From Cystobasidiomycetes sp. EMM_F5 (taxonomy: Eukaryota), in assembly GCA_051047955.1 (NCBI GenBank), contig JBPGPT010000032.1:1-64000 (forward strand): a DNA stretch of 64,000 nt. Direction: 5' to 3'. Below, in pieces: positions 1-10,066 of this stretch; the first letter of the stretch is position 1, and every line of letters starts with the position of its first letter. The position numbers and the translations under genes are program-made. Below the pieces are notes generated by a model. The model had not been told where the DNA came from. It worked only from the letters and a program-made list of their open reading frames with translations, and did not search any database.

Positions 1-2069
1 CTGAGGTCGTCTAGTGTAGGCAGGTGCTTCTGATGATCCAGTTGTCCTGTAGACAAAGCAGCAACTTCCAGAAGCTGAGATTCTAAGTCCTCAGTTCCGT
101 TAGTACTTTCGTTCCAGGCACCAACTGGTGGGTACATCGAATTGTTGTCGTCCGTATCAAGAGTTTTGACAGCATTAATACTGTATGGTTCGTGATTGTG
201 GTTAGTGACTTCTTCATACTCTTCTGGATCCTTTTCTGATTCTTCGTAGTTTTCGTCCTGTTCGTCTTCCGTAGTAGTTTCGAGAGCATGTATTCCCCTT
301 CGAGGACATTCCGCCCGAGTATGTCCAGGTTGTTTGCATTCGAAGCACAGATTTTCCCTGCGGAGTCTGTCGCGTTCGTTCTGGGACATCATCGGTCGGG
401 AGCTTACATCCCTTCGTACTACGGGGTCGGCTCTCTCCTTCGTAGTTGTGGTCGTAGTTGTAGAATTGTATCTAGTAGTACCGGAAACTCGAGTAGGAGA
501 GCTAGGACGTTTGTTTCGACTACTAGAAGAAGGTTTGGGCTTAGCAGATCTCGTCTCGCGCCGCTCACTAGGTTTTCTTCCTTCGTGCCTAGTAGAACGT
601 TTGAATAACGAGGCAAATTCTGTAAGGGTTTTGATACCTGGGACCAAGGGTTCGAGCATAGTTGCAATTGAACCAGGAACTTGCTCCAGGAGATTGTACA
701 GTATATCTTCTATTGGTCGATTCGGATCGACAGTTCGTGATAGCTTGAAGAATTCGTTGCAAAATGCAGCAGGATCCTTTTCATCATCCGGGAACCAATA
801 ATTAGCAAGCTTATCTCGTTGATCTCTGCGCCAATATGGTGTCTCGAAGGTATTGACAATCTCTTGCTTCCAGTCTTGCCAGCTCGTAGGTACGTAGGGG
901 TCCCTGATACGAGTCTCGTACCACGAAAGAGCTTTACCACTTAAAAGTTCCGGTAGGAGGCCAACAATCCATCCATCGGGTACATTACCATATAGAATCC
1001 TAGTATCAATACTAACAAACCAATCTTGATGGTTTGCATCGTCGGACCCATCAAAGGTGGGAAGGTCGGCAGCTTTGGGACGGTTTGCTTTGACATTTGT
1101 CACTACCGGTTCTCCGTTGACATAGAAGACGTCTGTCGCCTCAGTAGTTGGTACCCGTGCTGTTCGATGCGGTACCTCGAGTATTCCTCTTCGTGCTACT
1201 AAGGGGCTGCTCGTAGGTACGAGTGGCGGTGGCGGGGCAAGTACGGAGGGTACTACGGGGACTGCTTCAGACGAGGTTTCGGCAACCAAAGCTGTATCTC
1301 TGAGGCTGTATATCATGTCAGTAGCATCCATCATGGCAGCCGTTGCATGTGCCAGTTGATCGTCCTTAGTACCTGCAGCCACAAGTACTTGTTTGGCTAC
1401 GTCCATGAAGGAGTCAAAAATCTTAGCCATTTGCTGCCTCTCTTCAGACCAGTACTTGGCCAGTTCTTCGAATTTAAGAACCTGATACCGAGAGGTCTCC
1501 ACTAGGAGGTTCGTATGTTCTCCAAGTCTTCGTACTTGCGTTCGTAGGTCCCTGTCTTCCATAACGACAGGGCGTCTATGAGGCAAATCCGTAGAAGCTA
1601 ACGCTGGTTCTGACATGGTGGGAGATTTGGCTCCTAGTCTAGACTCGAGTAGCTGAAACTGATTTGACGGAAGGCCAGTAACGATGTCTAGAGCGGGGGG
1701 AAGTACTTCGGGTTTTTTCTCCTCCTTTCGTGAGATTCTTGGTGGGACAGTTGATTCACTGGACGATGAAGATGCAGAAGATATCGTTGGCTGCAGCAAA
1801 GCAGTTTGATCTGCAAAAGTCTGGTCGAGACTACTAGTGTCTGACGTTAGTACTTCACTAGTACTTGCACTCGTGCTAGCGATAGGAGTCGGACTTAAGA
1901 TGGGAATCTGACTACCGGTGATCGCTAACGAGGTTATGCGACGGGTTGGCAGGGAGCCTGCACGCAGGGGAGCTGCCGGGGGTGTTGAAGTAGGTGGCCC
2001 TACAAATCTTGGTTTGCCGGGCCGTTCGGGGACGGGAGTTCCCAGGATAACTTGCTTCTTAGAAGCCAT
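1..2069 (-). CDS. gag: Retrotransposon Gag (probably start of a Gag-Pol polyprotein), >689 aa, open at the window edge
   Basis: Manual translation from ATG at 2069 (MASKKQVILGTPVPERPGK...) finds no stop before position 1. It contains LPTFDGSDDANHQDWFVSID, LLSGKALSWYE, SWQDWKQEIVNTFE and CFECKQPGHTRAEC (CX2CX4HX4C at 306-347). It is missing from the ORF track, presumably because it has no stop in the window. Confidence 0.9.
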   Translation of the reverse strand, partial: MASKKQVILGTPVPERPGKPRFVGPPTSTPPAAPLRAGSLPTRRITSLAITGSQIPILSPTPIASTSASTSEVLTSDTSSLDQTFADQTALLQPTISSASSSSSESTVPPRISRKEEKKPEVLPPALDIVTGLPSNQFQLLESRLGAKSPTMSEPALASTDLPHRRPVVMEDRDLRTQVRRLGEHTNLLVETSRYQVLKFEELAKYWSEERQQMAKIFDSFMDVAKQVLVAAGTKDDQLAHATAAMMDATDMIYSLRDTALVAETSSEAVPVVPSVLAPPPPLVPTSSPLVARRGILEVPHRTARVPTTEATDVFYVNGEPVVTNVKANRPKAADLPTFDGSDDANHQDWFVSIDTRILYGNVPDGWIVGLLPELLSGKALSWYETRIRDPYVPTSWQDWKQEIVNTFETPYWRRDQRDKLANYWFPDDEKDPAAFCNEFFKLSRTVDPNRPIEDILYNLLEQVPGSIATMLEPLVPGIKTLTEFASLFKRSTRHEGRKPSERRETRSAKPKPSSSSRNKRPSSPTRVSGTTRYNSTTTTTTTKERADPVVRRDVSSRPMMSQNERDRLRRENLCFECKQPGHTRAECPRRGIHALETTTEDEQDENYEESEKDPEEYEEVTNHNHEPYSINAVKTLDTDDNNSMYPPVGAWNESTNGTEDLESQLLEVAALSTGQLDHQKHLPTLDDL

Positions 2070-2086
2070 AGCGAGCGATAGGCGCT

Positions 2087-2098
2087 CTCGCGCTACCA
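2087..2098 (-). other. Primer binding site, initiator tRNA-Met type
   Basis: Minus-strand TGGTAGCGCGAG starts 2 nt after the LTR end (...GGTTCACA). TGG pairs with the tRNA CCA end, and the site resembles the Ty1/Ty3 PBS TGGTAGCGCC. Confidence 0.75.
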
Positions 2099-2100
2099 GG

Positions 2101-3790
2101 TGTGAACCCGGTATGTACTACTTGGTAAAAGGACAAGTGTCAAGGACTTCGTAGTTCTCTTCGTACTGACCTTAGTAGTACGAAGGCTGGTACGAAGGGC
2201 CTAAGTAGTGGCTCTACCGGTAAGGATCTTATCCTATGGCTCAATAGGGTCCAAGAAGTATCCTGAGGGCCTTCTAAGTATGATAAATGTTACTTAGAGG
2301 GTAGATTAGTTCTTAGTACTTCTCTTAGTACTTCTCTCGAAAGTACTAAGAACCACGGAAGGTCAAGTCTTCGCTAGAAAGGGTTCTAGAAGGCTTGATA
2401 GGTATCGTAGTGTCCTATCAGGTACGCTATAGGGTAGCTACGAGTAACGCGGGGTCGTGGGCGGAAGATAGTACTTTCTTCGTAGTACTTAGCAAAGTAC
2501 GAAGATAGTACGAAGGCGATAGATGGCGTAGGATAGGTGGAAGAGACTGTACGGAGGTGTAATAGACGAGGAGAGATGGCGATAAGGGCGTAGATGAGAT
2601 ATCGGAGTCCTTTGAGGTCGTGCCTGGCTTCGTAGTTGGGCTTAGTATGTACGGAGAAAGTACTAAGAGCAGCTAAGCTAGGCTGTGTCGACGGAGTCGC
2701 TCCGATATCAAAGGGAAAGACTTATACGATTTGTAGAAGAGCGTAGGAGTCTTCGGTGGCGATGCTGAGGCGGTGTAGGAAGTACGAACCTTAGTAGTAG
2801 AAGTACTAAGGATCGTACTTAGACGAATCTGCACTTAACTGATCACTAAAGTGGTCAAAGGCGGTGCAGGGGTGATGAAGATCCGTTCTTAAAGTGGAAC
2901 TACTCTGCTTCAGGAGGAACGGGGTTGTTCGGGCGATAGTACTAGTACTACGAACGTCGTACTAGGAGGTATCTGCACGATTCGAGGCGGCAGGTGCGTC
3001 GAGTCGTTGCAGGGGTGGCAGAGATGCGATACTGAAGTGGAACTACTCTTCTTCAGGGTCGCGGGAGGAGTGGAGACAATCGTACTTAGAAGTACGGAAC
3101 ACGATGCACAGGGCAGACTCTTGCAATGGGCAACGAGGATGCTCTGGGGTGCGTTGGTGTTCAAATTGTTCGAGCGAAACCAAGAGCTACGCTACAACAT
3201 CGAAATAGCTACTTGGCAGTTGTTCGTACTTTGGTGACAGCACCGCTCTAACAGGGAATCCGTCCGACGGGGGTGCAGGGTTCGGTTAGAGGGTTGTCAC
3301 TGTAAGTTAAGAACATAGGAGATGTGGGGAGGAGTGCCGAGCCTCATCCGGTGAAGATCCGAGTCATCGTACTTGTCTTAGTATGTACGAAGGGAAGTAC
3401 TAAGCAGGTACGAAGCTCGAAAAGGTCCAGGAGAGATGCTTGAAGTAGACAAGATGTCTTCTTATGTAGAAAGGAGCATGCTGCTGATCCGTCAAGCGAT
3501 CTTGATCGAGATTTGTAAAGATAGACTTCGGTGCCTGAAGTACTAAGTCTTAGTAGTACGAAGAAAAGTACTAAGACTAGTACGAAGGAAGTACTAAGAG
3601 CGCCGAAGGCTGAATCTTGTCCTAGAAGCTTCAGGTGATGAGAATGGTATACGCTGATGACATTAAAAAACCGTAAGGACCCAAGTATTCCGGAAGCTTG
3701 CCTGGAGGTAAGTACGAAGGCAAGTTCGAAGGAAGTACGAAGGTCCTGGAAGTACGGAAAAAGTCCCTCAGCGCTATAGCCAGGCTCACA
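2101..3790 (-). repeat. 5' long terminal repeat (~1690 bp)
   Basis: Plus strand begins TGTGAACCCGG (2101) and ends CCAGGCTCACA (3790), an imperfect 11-bp inverted terminal repeat (9/11). It abuts the PBS, and the TpA/AGTAC-rich composition stops at 3790. Candidate TSD TTGCA at 3791-3795. The second LTR is outside the window. Confidence 0.75.
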
Positions 3791-4649
3791 TTGCAGGTCT
3801 CAACATTCCTCGCGCGACGTGTATCTGGACGTCTTGCTGGTGTCCCTCAAGGCAGGTCTTTACCGCGCACCTGCATCAGACTACGAGGATATCCGGAGGC
3901 AGTCGGAGGAGCTTGCCAGCTCTCTTTGAGTCCTTGCGTGACAAAAACAATCCGAATAATCGAGCTTTTTGTGGCGGGCGTGACAGTGGGGCACTTTCTA
4001 TTTTGCTGACGATGGTGACATGTGTGATTGCTGTGATGTGAATGCTGCTGTGTCTGACAATATTGCTGTATTTGTTTCTACTCAAGTTTTAGTGTGTAAA
4101 AAGTTTTCTGAGTGATCGAGATTTTGATGTATGTGGAAGGTACTGACAAAGACCATGAGATTTTACACAGAACGTACGAGCGCAAAATCGGCATTCAAAG
4201 CGCATCGCTTGCCTTGATCACCTATCATGCGCATGTCTGCTTGCAGAACAGCAACAGAGGTCTGAATGCTGTCAGCTACAGCTCAAAGGACTTGAACTCC
4301 GGCAGACGTAAGAGTTGATGTACCAAATGAACTGCTCAATGAAGTGAAACAGACCATCGAGGAATGAGGAGTATCTTGAATACTGTAGCACCGAGGAAGA
4401 GAGCCGTCAATACATACACTGCGCATCTGACGCTCATCAGCGACTAACACGCAATAATCAGGCGATGTATCGCATATCGCTTCACCAAAGATACCGGGTT
4501 GCGAGAAGCCAGAGTCAGTATCAAACTTATAAAAGATAGGGAATTGCGCAGGCACCCTTGCTGATACGGTGACGGAGAGAGCAGTCGGTCCACGGACATG
4601 TGGTTTGAGAACTTGATACACGCACTAGCCACCTTCAGGGAATGTTCTG

Positions 4650-5376
4650 GCTTCGATGTACCGTGAGACCAGCAAGCTTACTTGATTGATGCACTGCAGC
4701 AATGGCCTGTCTTGTAATGACGGACCGCGTCCCGAGGCTGCGGTCACACCACTGAGTCGACCGTACCCGGATTTTGCAAACGGTCATGCAGACATCCTAC
4801 CTTTTTGGTGTGGTCCCGAGCATTCAATAGAGTTGTGGAAACCTAGCCTGGACTTCATCGATACTTTTGTATCGAATGGTGGGACATCATGGAGTCAGGG
4901 CCATGGACGCTGCGATATCATCGCCCATCCTCATCGCCCATCCTGTCTGCACATAGTCCGTCCGGGTGTCATATACCCAATTCTGCCTTTGAAGCGAAGT
5001 CGGTGCGGGGAAGATCGTATTCAGCCGTCAAATGACTATACGGCAGCGAGTCATACGCCTTAGGCAGATTGCATCAGGTTCGAGCGGAAGCTTGAGCGAA
5101 TATTGCACAGCGTTTTTGCGTTACCGGCCCCGCCTATTCTGTCCGAAACTGTATCTCTCCTCTACGTTGCGTGCGAACTCGAACCAGCCCATCGGGTGCT
5201 GAAACGCGTAAGGATTGTCTTGCGATACCGCCTTGGCATCAGCTAATGATTATAACTGACGCTCTCATTCCGTGAAACAGATCCTCTACGCAATTTGGCT
5301 GAGTGAAGTGACTAAGCCGTTAGCGGTCCTTGAAAGCTTATTTTGGCCGAGCGACTCGAGACCTCATCATTGTTGA
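4650..5376 (+). pseudogene. Degenerate intron-containing gene remnant of unknown family
   Basis: ORF 4686-5063 continues in frame past a TAG (5061-5063) to a canonical intron (GTAAGG at 5208, CTGAC branch, CAG at 5280), followed by a short in-frame exon. No recognisable domain. Confidence 0.3.
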
Positions 5377-5538
5377 TTCGGAACCGCTCATGCCGGGCTG
5401 ATTGAAGGATTTGCGGGCGACTTGACACGCAAGCCAGTTGCATCAGCTAGGGAAATCGCTCGTTAGCATGCGGAGGAGCTGGGAACCCCCCGAAAATCGA
5501 AATATATTCCGCTCCGTAAAACGAACACCAGACTACGC

Positions 5539-6641
5539 TTACATCTTATCTTTAGGCACGGACCATGTGCAAGACAAGATCAGATGTGCAAACGGCATAC
5601 CGTGCACCTTCTTCATCGCCGCCTCAGCCTCGCGACGGTCTTCGAAACTGACAAAGGCGAACCCCTTGCAGTACCCCGTGACTTGATCTTTGCCGACGTA
5701 GATGCGGTGAACTCGGCCAAAGCGCTGGAAAATTCCCCAAAGGTCGTTCTCCTCTGTGTCTTCCGCCAGATTTGTTACGCGTAAAGTAGGATAGTCATCG
5801 CGATTTCTCCCGTTCATGGACTCTCCGCCACCTCTCGCACCAGCTCTCATCGACGGTGGAACGTACTTTCCACCAGTGGATGGCCCGACTCCGCCGTCTG
5901 CAGCCTCTTGCTCATCTGGAGCAGCATCTACAACCCATACGGGATTAGTGCGCATATACTGCAAGATGGTAGACAGTCAACACACCATCAATATCGCCAA
6001 GAGTGTCTTTGTATGGGCAGCGTGCTGTGAAATGGTCGCCTTGACACAATCGACACGAGACCTTTTTGCCTCCCAAGTCTGCCTTGACTTTGGCAGTTTC
6101 GTCCTTCTCATCCTTCTCCTGTTCCTTGTTTCCGACGCTCAGTTTGATTCGCATGCTCTCGCTCCCAAGAGATGTTGTTGACGCATCAGGACCTGCTTTT
6201 TTGCCCTTCTCCAAGCCAAACTTGGCCCATTGATGTCTTTGCGCGACCGCTTGACTAGCTTTTGCCGTGATCAGGGTCCGCTTAATTCTGCGGGTGACCT
6301 GATTAAGCTGCGTCAGCCATTATTGCAGGTATACGATGAAACGAGCTCAACTACCTTGACTTTGCGGCCGTTATCGTCGGTGCGGTACTCGATGACGGTA
6401 CGCACGCCGTTCTCATCATAGTCCCCATTAATTCTTGTCGAGTCGTCGCCTGCGTGGTGTGCATCGGGTTGGCGCAATTCTCTGTCTGACGCCATTGTAG
6501 GCTCGAAAATCTTACCTGCGTCAGCATCCTCGGCCCAGGATGAGACTGCCCTGTCCGGTGCGCTGCCAGAGCAACATTGTCAGCACCATGCTGTGCATAA
6601 CCACACGCTGGAAGTGGGTAAGCTCACAGTGATGGAACCAT
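5539..6641 (-). CDS. TIF35: Eukaryotic translation initiation factor 3 subunit G (multi-exon)
   Basis: N-terminal SWAED, VIEYRTDDNGRKVK, zinc motif CRLCQGDHFTARCPYK, KYVPPSMR and a C-terminal RRM (TLRVTNL...KGFAFVSF). Confidence 0.95.
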
Positions 6642-6773
6642 GGTGCTTGTTGCTGCTTGCTTGTTCGCGATCGTTGTCAAATTGGTCAGAGCGAAACCCT
6701 TTGACACTGCATGACTTTCGCCTAGCCAATATACCTACCCGCGACCTGCAAGCTGCAAGCTACTGCTACAGCA

Positions 6774-7834
6774 ATGGCGAGTACATCCGCTGCCATGCTG
6801 CCTATCGCGCGCCGGATAATCAGCCAAAAGTCGAAGACATGGGCTTTTCTGCGAGCACCATGCGCGCATTACCCTGTTTCGTCCACCTGTTCATGCACTA
6901 CAAGGACGACCGCGACATCAACATACCAGTCTCGAGCAATAACAAATATGTCTCGGTCAAGATCCGCCGACCCGTCCTCCTCCTCATCGTCCAATACGCT
7001 CGTCGGTTCCGCCTACCACCATCCAGACTCTAGGCAAATTGTCAATCACATGAAGAAACTATTCTCGGAGCTTGAGCCTCCCTTTTCGTCTGAACTCGCG
7101 ATGCGGGTAGTCACACACAAGGGAGCAATCAGTCCTAATGCCACTGCTAGTAGAAGCCAGCACAATGAACGACTAAGCTTTTTGGGCAAGTTTTTTGTTG
7201 CGAAGCAAAATCGCTGTCGCTAACTGGTAATATCGCCATGCTCAGGTCGTCGAATACTGCGTTTATATCTGGCCGTATTCTATCAGACGCAGACGACGGC
7301 CCTGACACAGACAACGGTGAAGCTTACTGAAGCAGCTCTGGAAGACACTGTTGGAACTCTGACCTTGGGCAAACATGTTGCAAGTCGATGGCAACTAGAA
7401 GGAAATTTGCATTGGAGGCAAATGGTATACACTGTCTCGTGCCTTTCTCGATCCGACATCGTAGACTGATTCACTCTGCAACTACAGGTTGGTCCCGATG
7501 GGCGACCTACAGGCTTGGACAGAATTTCTGGCCAAGCAGTCGAGGCCATAATAGGTGCCATATTCAGGCAACACGTTAGTCTAAGTGAACGGTATTCTCG
7601 CTGCCGCTGTCTAACGTACTTTCACTCCAGGGCGCATCTATCGCAATGCAGGCATTTCACTCTCGCATTCTTCCTTTTTTGCCTCTACCGGCGGCCTTCG
7701 TCCAGCCAGCGCTGCAGCTAGCGAAACTTCACAGTGACCTTTCATTACCATTAAACGCGGCCTTAGAGGATCCGCTGGACAGCGACACGGTAGCAGAAGA
7801 GGAGCTTGCAGCGAAGGCAGTGGATGCTCCGTGA
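6774..7834 (+). CDS. MRPL15: Mitochondrial large ribosomal subunit protein mL57/MRPL15 (RNase III-like domain)
   Basis: Basic Ser/Thr-rich presequence-like N-terminus, HNERLSFLGRRIL across a GC-AG intron (7186-7245), and AVEAIIGAIF. Confidence 0.75.
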
Positions 7835-8135
7835 AGACGGCCCGTCCTCGCGAAGGATCTAATCAGCATTGTACCAGGTCGATCGAAAGAAGTCAAGCAG
7901 AGTAAAGGGTGCGCTATTCTGCACCCGTGCGGGATTTCCGCAATCAGCATACGGATGTTCTATAGCGTGGGAATCAACTATATCGTCATCACAATCTATT
8001 TGTGATGCGGTCTCGAATGATCAGCAGTTTCCAAGCAATGCAGTATGCGCTGAATAACGCCTGAGACCTTTTATGTAGATCCTAAACAGCAGCAAGCACA
8101 TCGTGCTGCCGCGCTGAGTCAGACACAGTAGCCGC

Positions 8136-8913
8136 TCACGGTGCCAACTTATCTAGGGCTTCCAACGCTTGACCCTCCAAACGCATGCCATCCCATTCTT
8201 CACCCATTGAAATAGCTCCTAGACCCCTGTAAAATGCAATGCTGGGCTGAACAGTTCGCACCGAATCAGTGTGCAGTCGCATGACCTGCTATGAATACGT
8301 ACGGCATTCCACTGTGAAGACGGGTCATGAATACAAATTTTGTCCGAGCAAACCAGGGAAAACACCTACTCGAAGGACAGACCATTCCAGCCGTCCACAT
8401 TTGCGCTCTTTGCATAGTCGGCCGAGGTAGCCAAAGAAGGCCTTTCCGATCCCCTTGTTCCGATGGCCATCCAGGACGAACAGATCTGCACGAACTTTTC
8501 AGAATCACGCAACGGGCAGATCATCGTAGTCTTACCTTCTAAGTAAATTCCGGGCTTTCCCAACCATGTCGAGTAATTGTGAAACTGAGTAAGAGTAGTT
8601 GCAATACGTATTTTGCCGATTCAGCAAAGCTGTACTCTGTCTGTACAGCTTTTGCTGTACAGCTTTGCATTACCGTTTAGTCCGACGAACGACTCACGAA
8701 AAGGGCCATCCCGATAGCTTCCCCATCCTCGATGGCTAGAATTACCTCGGCATAGGGTCGTTCGCCGAATAGAGTCGTTTCGAGCTGAGTCTTATTGGTT
8801 TCCACTCGGTCTAAGGCTTTCTCGTATTTGGCTAATTCCTGGATCAGCTTGAAGATGGAAGATACATCATCCTTTTGAGCAGGTCGAAGACTCCAAGAGC
8901 CAGCGTGTGACAT
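8136..8913 (-). CDS. GNAT family N-acetyltransferase (diamine/spermidine acetyltransferase, Ats1-like)
   Basis: LIQELAKYEK, NYSTWLGKPGIYLEDLFV, HRNKGIGK acetyl-CoA motif, and EWSVLRWNAPSIAFYRGLGA assembled across exons including a 9-nt microexon. Confidence 0.9.
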
Positions 8914-9039
8914 GGTTGATGCGCATGCAAAGCGGATGCAGGCCGGGGTGTTCATTACAGGATGCGCACAATGCGATCGTGCCTAAGACCGCTAGCTACT
9001 GACCGTATATCGATTGACCTTATACCGACTACATGCTAT

Positions 9040-9968
9040 ATGACTACCATTGCGGTCACTGGTGCTACGGGCGAGCTAGGCGGACTTGTACTAAAGTGTC
9101 TCCTTGCTGCCAGTACGCCCACTCAAAACCCGATACGTCTTCTGGTCCGTGAGCCAAACAAAATACGCACTTCGCCGGCATACACAGTCTACCGAGCATC
9201 TTATGAGGATGTTACGGCTTGCGTTGACGCTCTTACAGGAGCAAGAGTCCTGCTCATGATCTCCGCACCCGAAGGTCCAGGCCGTATGACGCAACATCGT
9301 TCCCTCATCGACGCGTGCATCCAGGCAAAGACTGTGCAACACATTGTATACACTTCCTTTCGTAATGCTTCACCAGACGCAGTATTCCAGCTTGCTCGCG
9401 AGCATTACCAGACCGAATCGTACATCATCCAGGCTGCTCGCCGAGCTGGCTTCAGCTTTACATTTCTGCGGAACAATTTCTATATGGACATATTGAGGGA
9501 TTTTGCACACGAAGATAACATCATCAGGGGACCCGCTGGACCGACCGGAGGCCGCATTTCAGCTGTAGCCAAGCGAGACATTGCTGAAGCTGCCACAAAT
9601 CTGCTCCTCGCTCCCGAGACACACCGCGGGCGAACTTATGACCTGACCGGGCCAAAAGAAGTATCACTCATCAAAGTAGCAAGTCTCTTGACCTTGAGTA
9701 CAGGCGAGAGATTCGCTTACCAAGATGAGGAATGGGAGGAAGGCAAGAAGTGGAGAATCGAGAAATATAGGGCTGCCGATTGGCAGGTTGAGGCATGGCT
9801 GGTAAGGCTGCGGAAATTGCGCAATGAACACGTAGTTCTGATCGTATGTCTTTTGCGCAGAGCACATATACAGCGATTCAATCCGGGGAAGCCGGAGGTG
9901 TTTCTGATGACATCACCACGCTTCTGGGCCGCTCACCGATGTCTCTTCAGGAATTTTTGGGTCTGTAA
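9040..9968 (+). CDS. NmrA-like/atypical SDR NAD(P)H-binding oxidoreductase (QOR2/YtfG-like); one intron ~9802-9860
   Basis: Rossmann motif IAVTGATGELGG, HIVYTSF, FTFLRNNFY, TYDLTGP. The spliced C-terminus reads WQVEAWLSTYTAIQSGEAGGVSDDITTLLGRSPMSLQEFLGL*. Confidence 0.9.
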
Positions 9969-10066
9969 GGCTTACGACAGTCAGGCGAATGGCACGCAGC
10001 GCCGATGTGACCCAGTTTGGCATTACAAGATTGCGCAAACCGCCAGCGAAAAACGAATGCGTGGTT

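Larger units (their letters stand above)
1..3790 (-). mobile_element. Ty3/Gypsy-like LTR retrotransposon, 5' part (LTR, PBS, gag); continues beyond the left window edge
   Basis: On the minus strand an LTR with TG...CA inverted termini is followed by a 2-nt spacer, PBS TGGTAGCGCGAG and a long gag ORF with retrotransposon-gag motifs and a CCHC zinc knuckle. Dinucleotide composition is TpA-rich compared with the host DNA. Confidence 0.9.

Noticed and set aside
83..940. ORF-track ORFs of 68-155 aa at the window start
   Set aside because: They are antisense or out-of-frame shadows of the gag ORF.
2101..3790. Recurrent palindromic AGTACT/TACTAAG motifs as a CRISPR-like array
   Set aside because: Spacing is irregular, the repeats are short and degenerate, the context is eukaryotic with no cas genes, and they lie inside the LTR.
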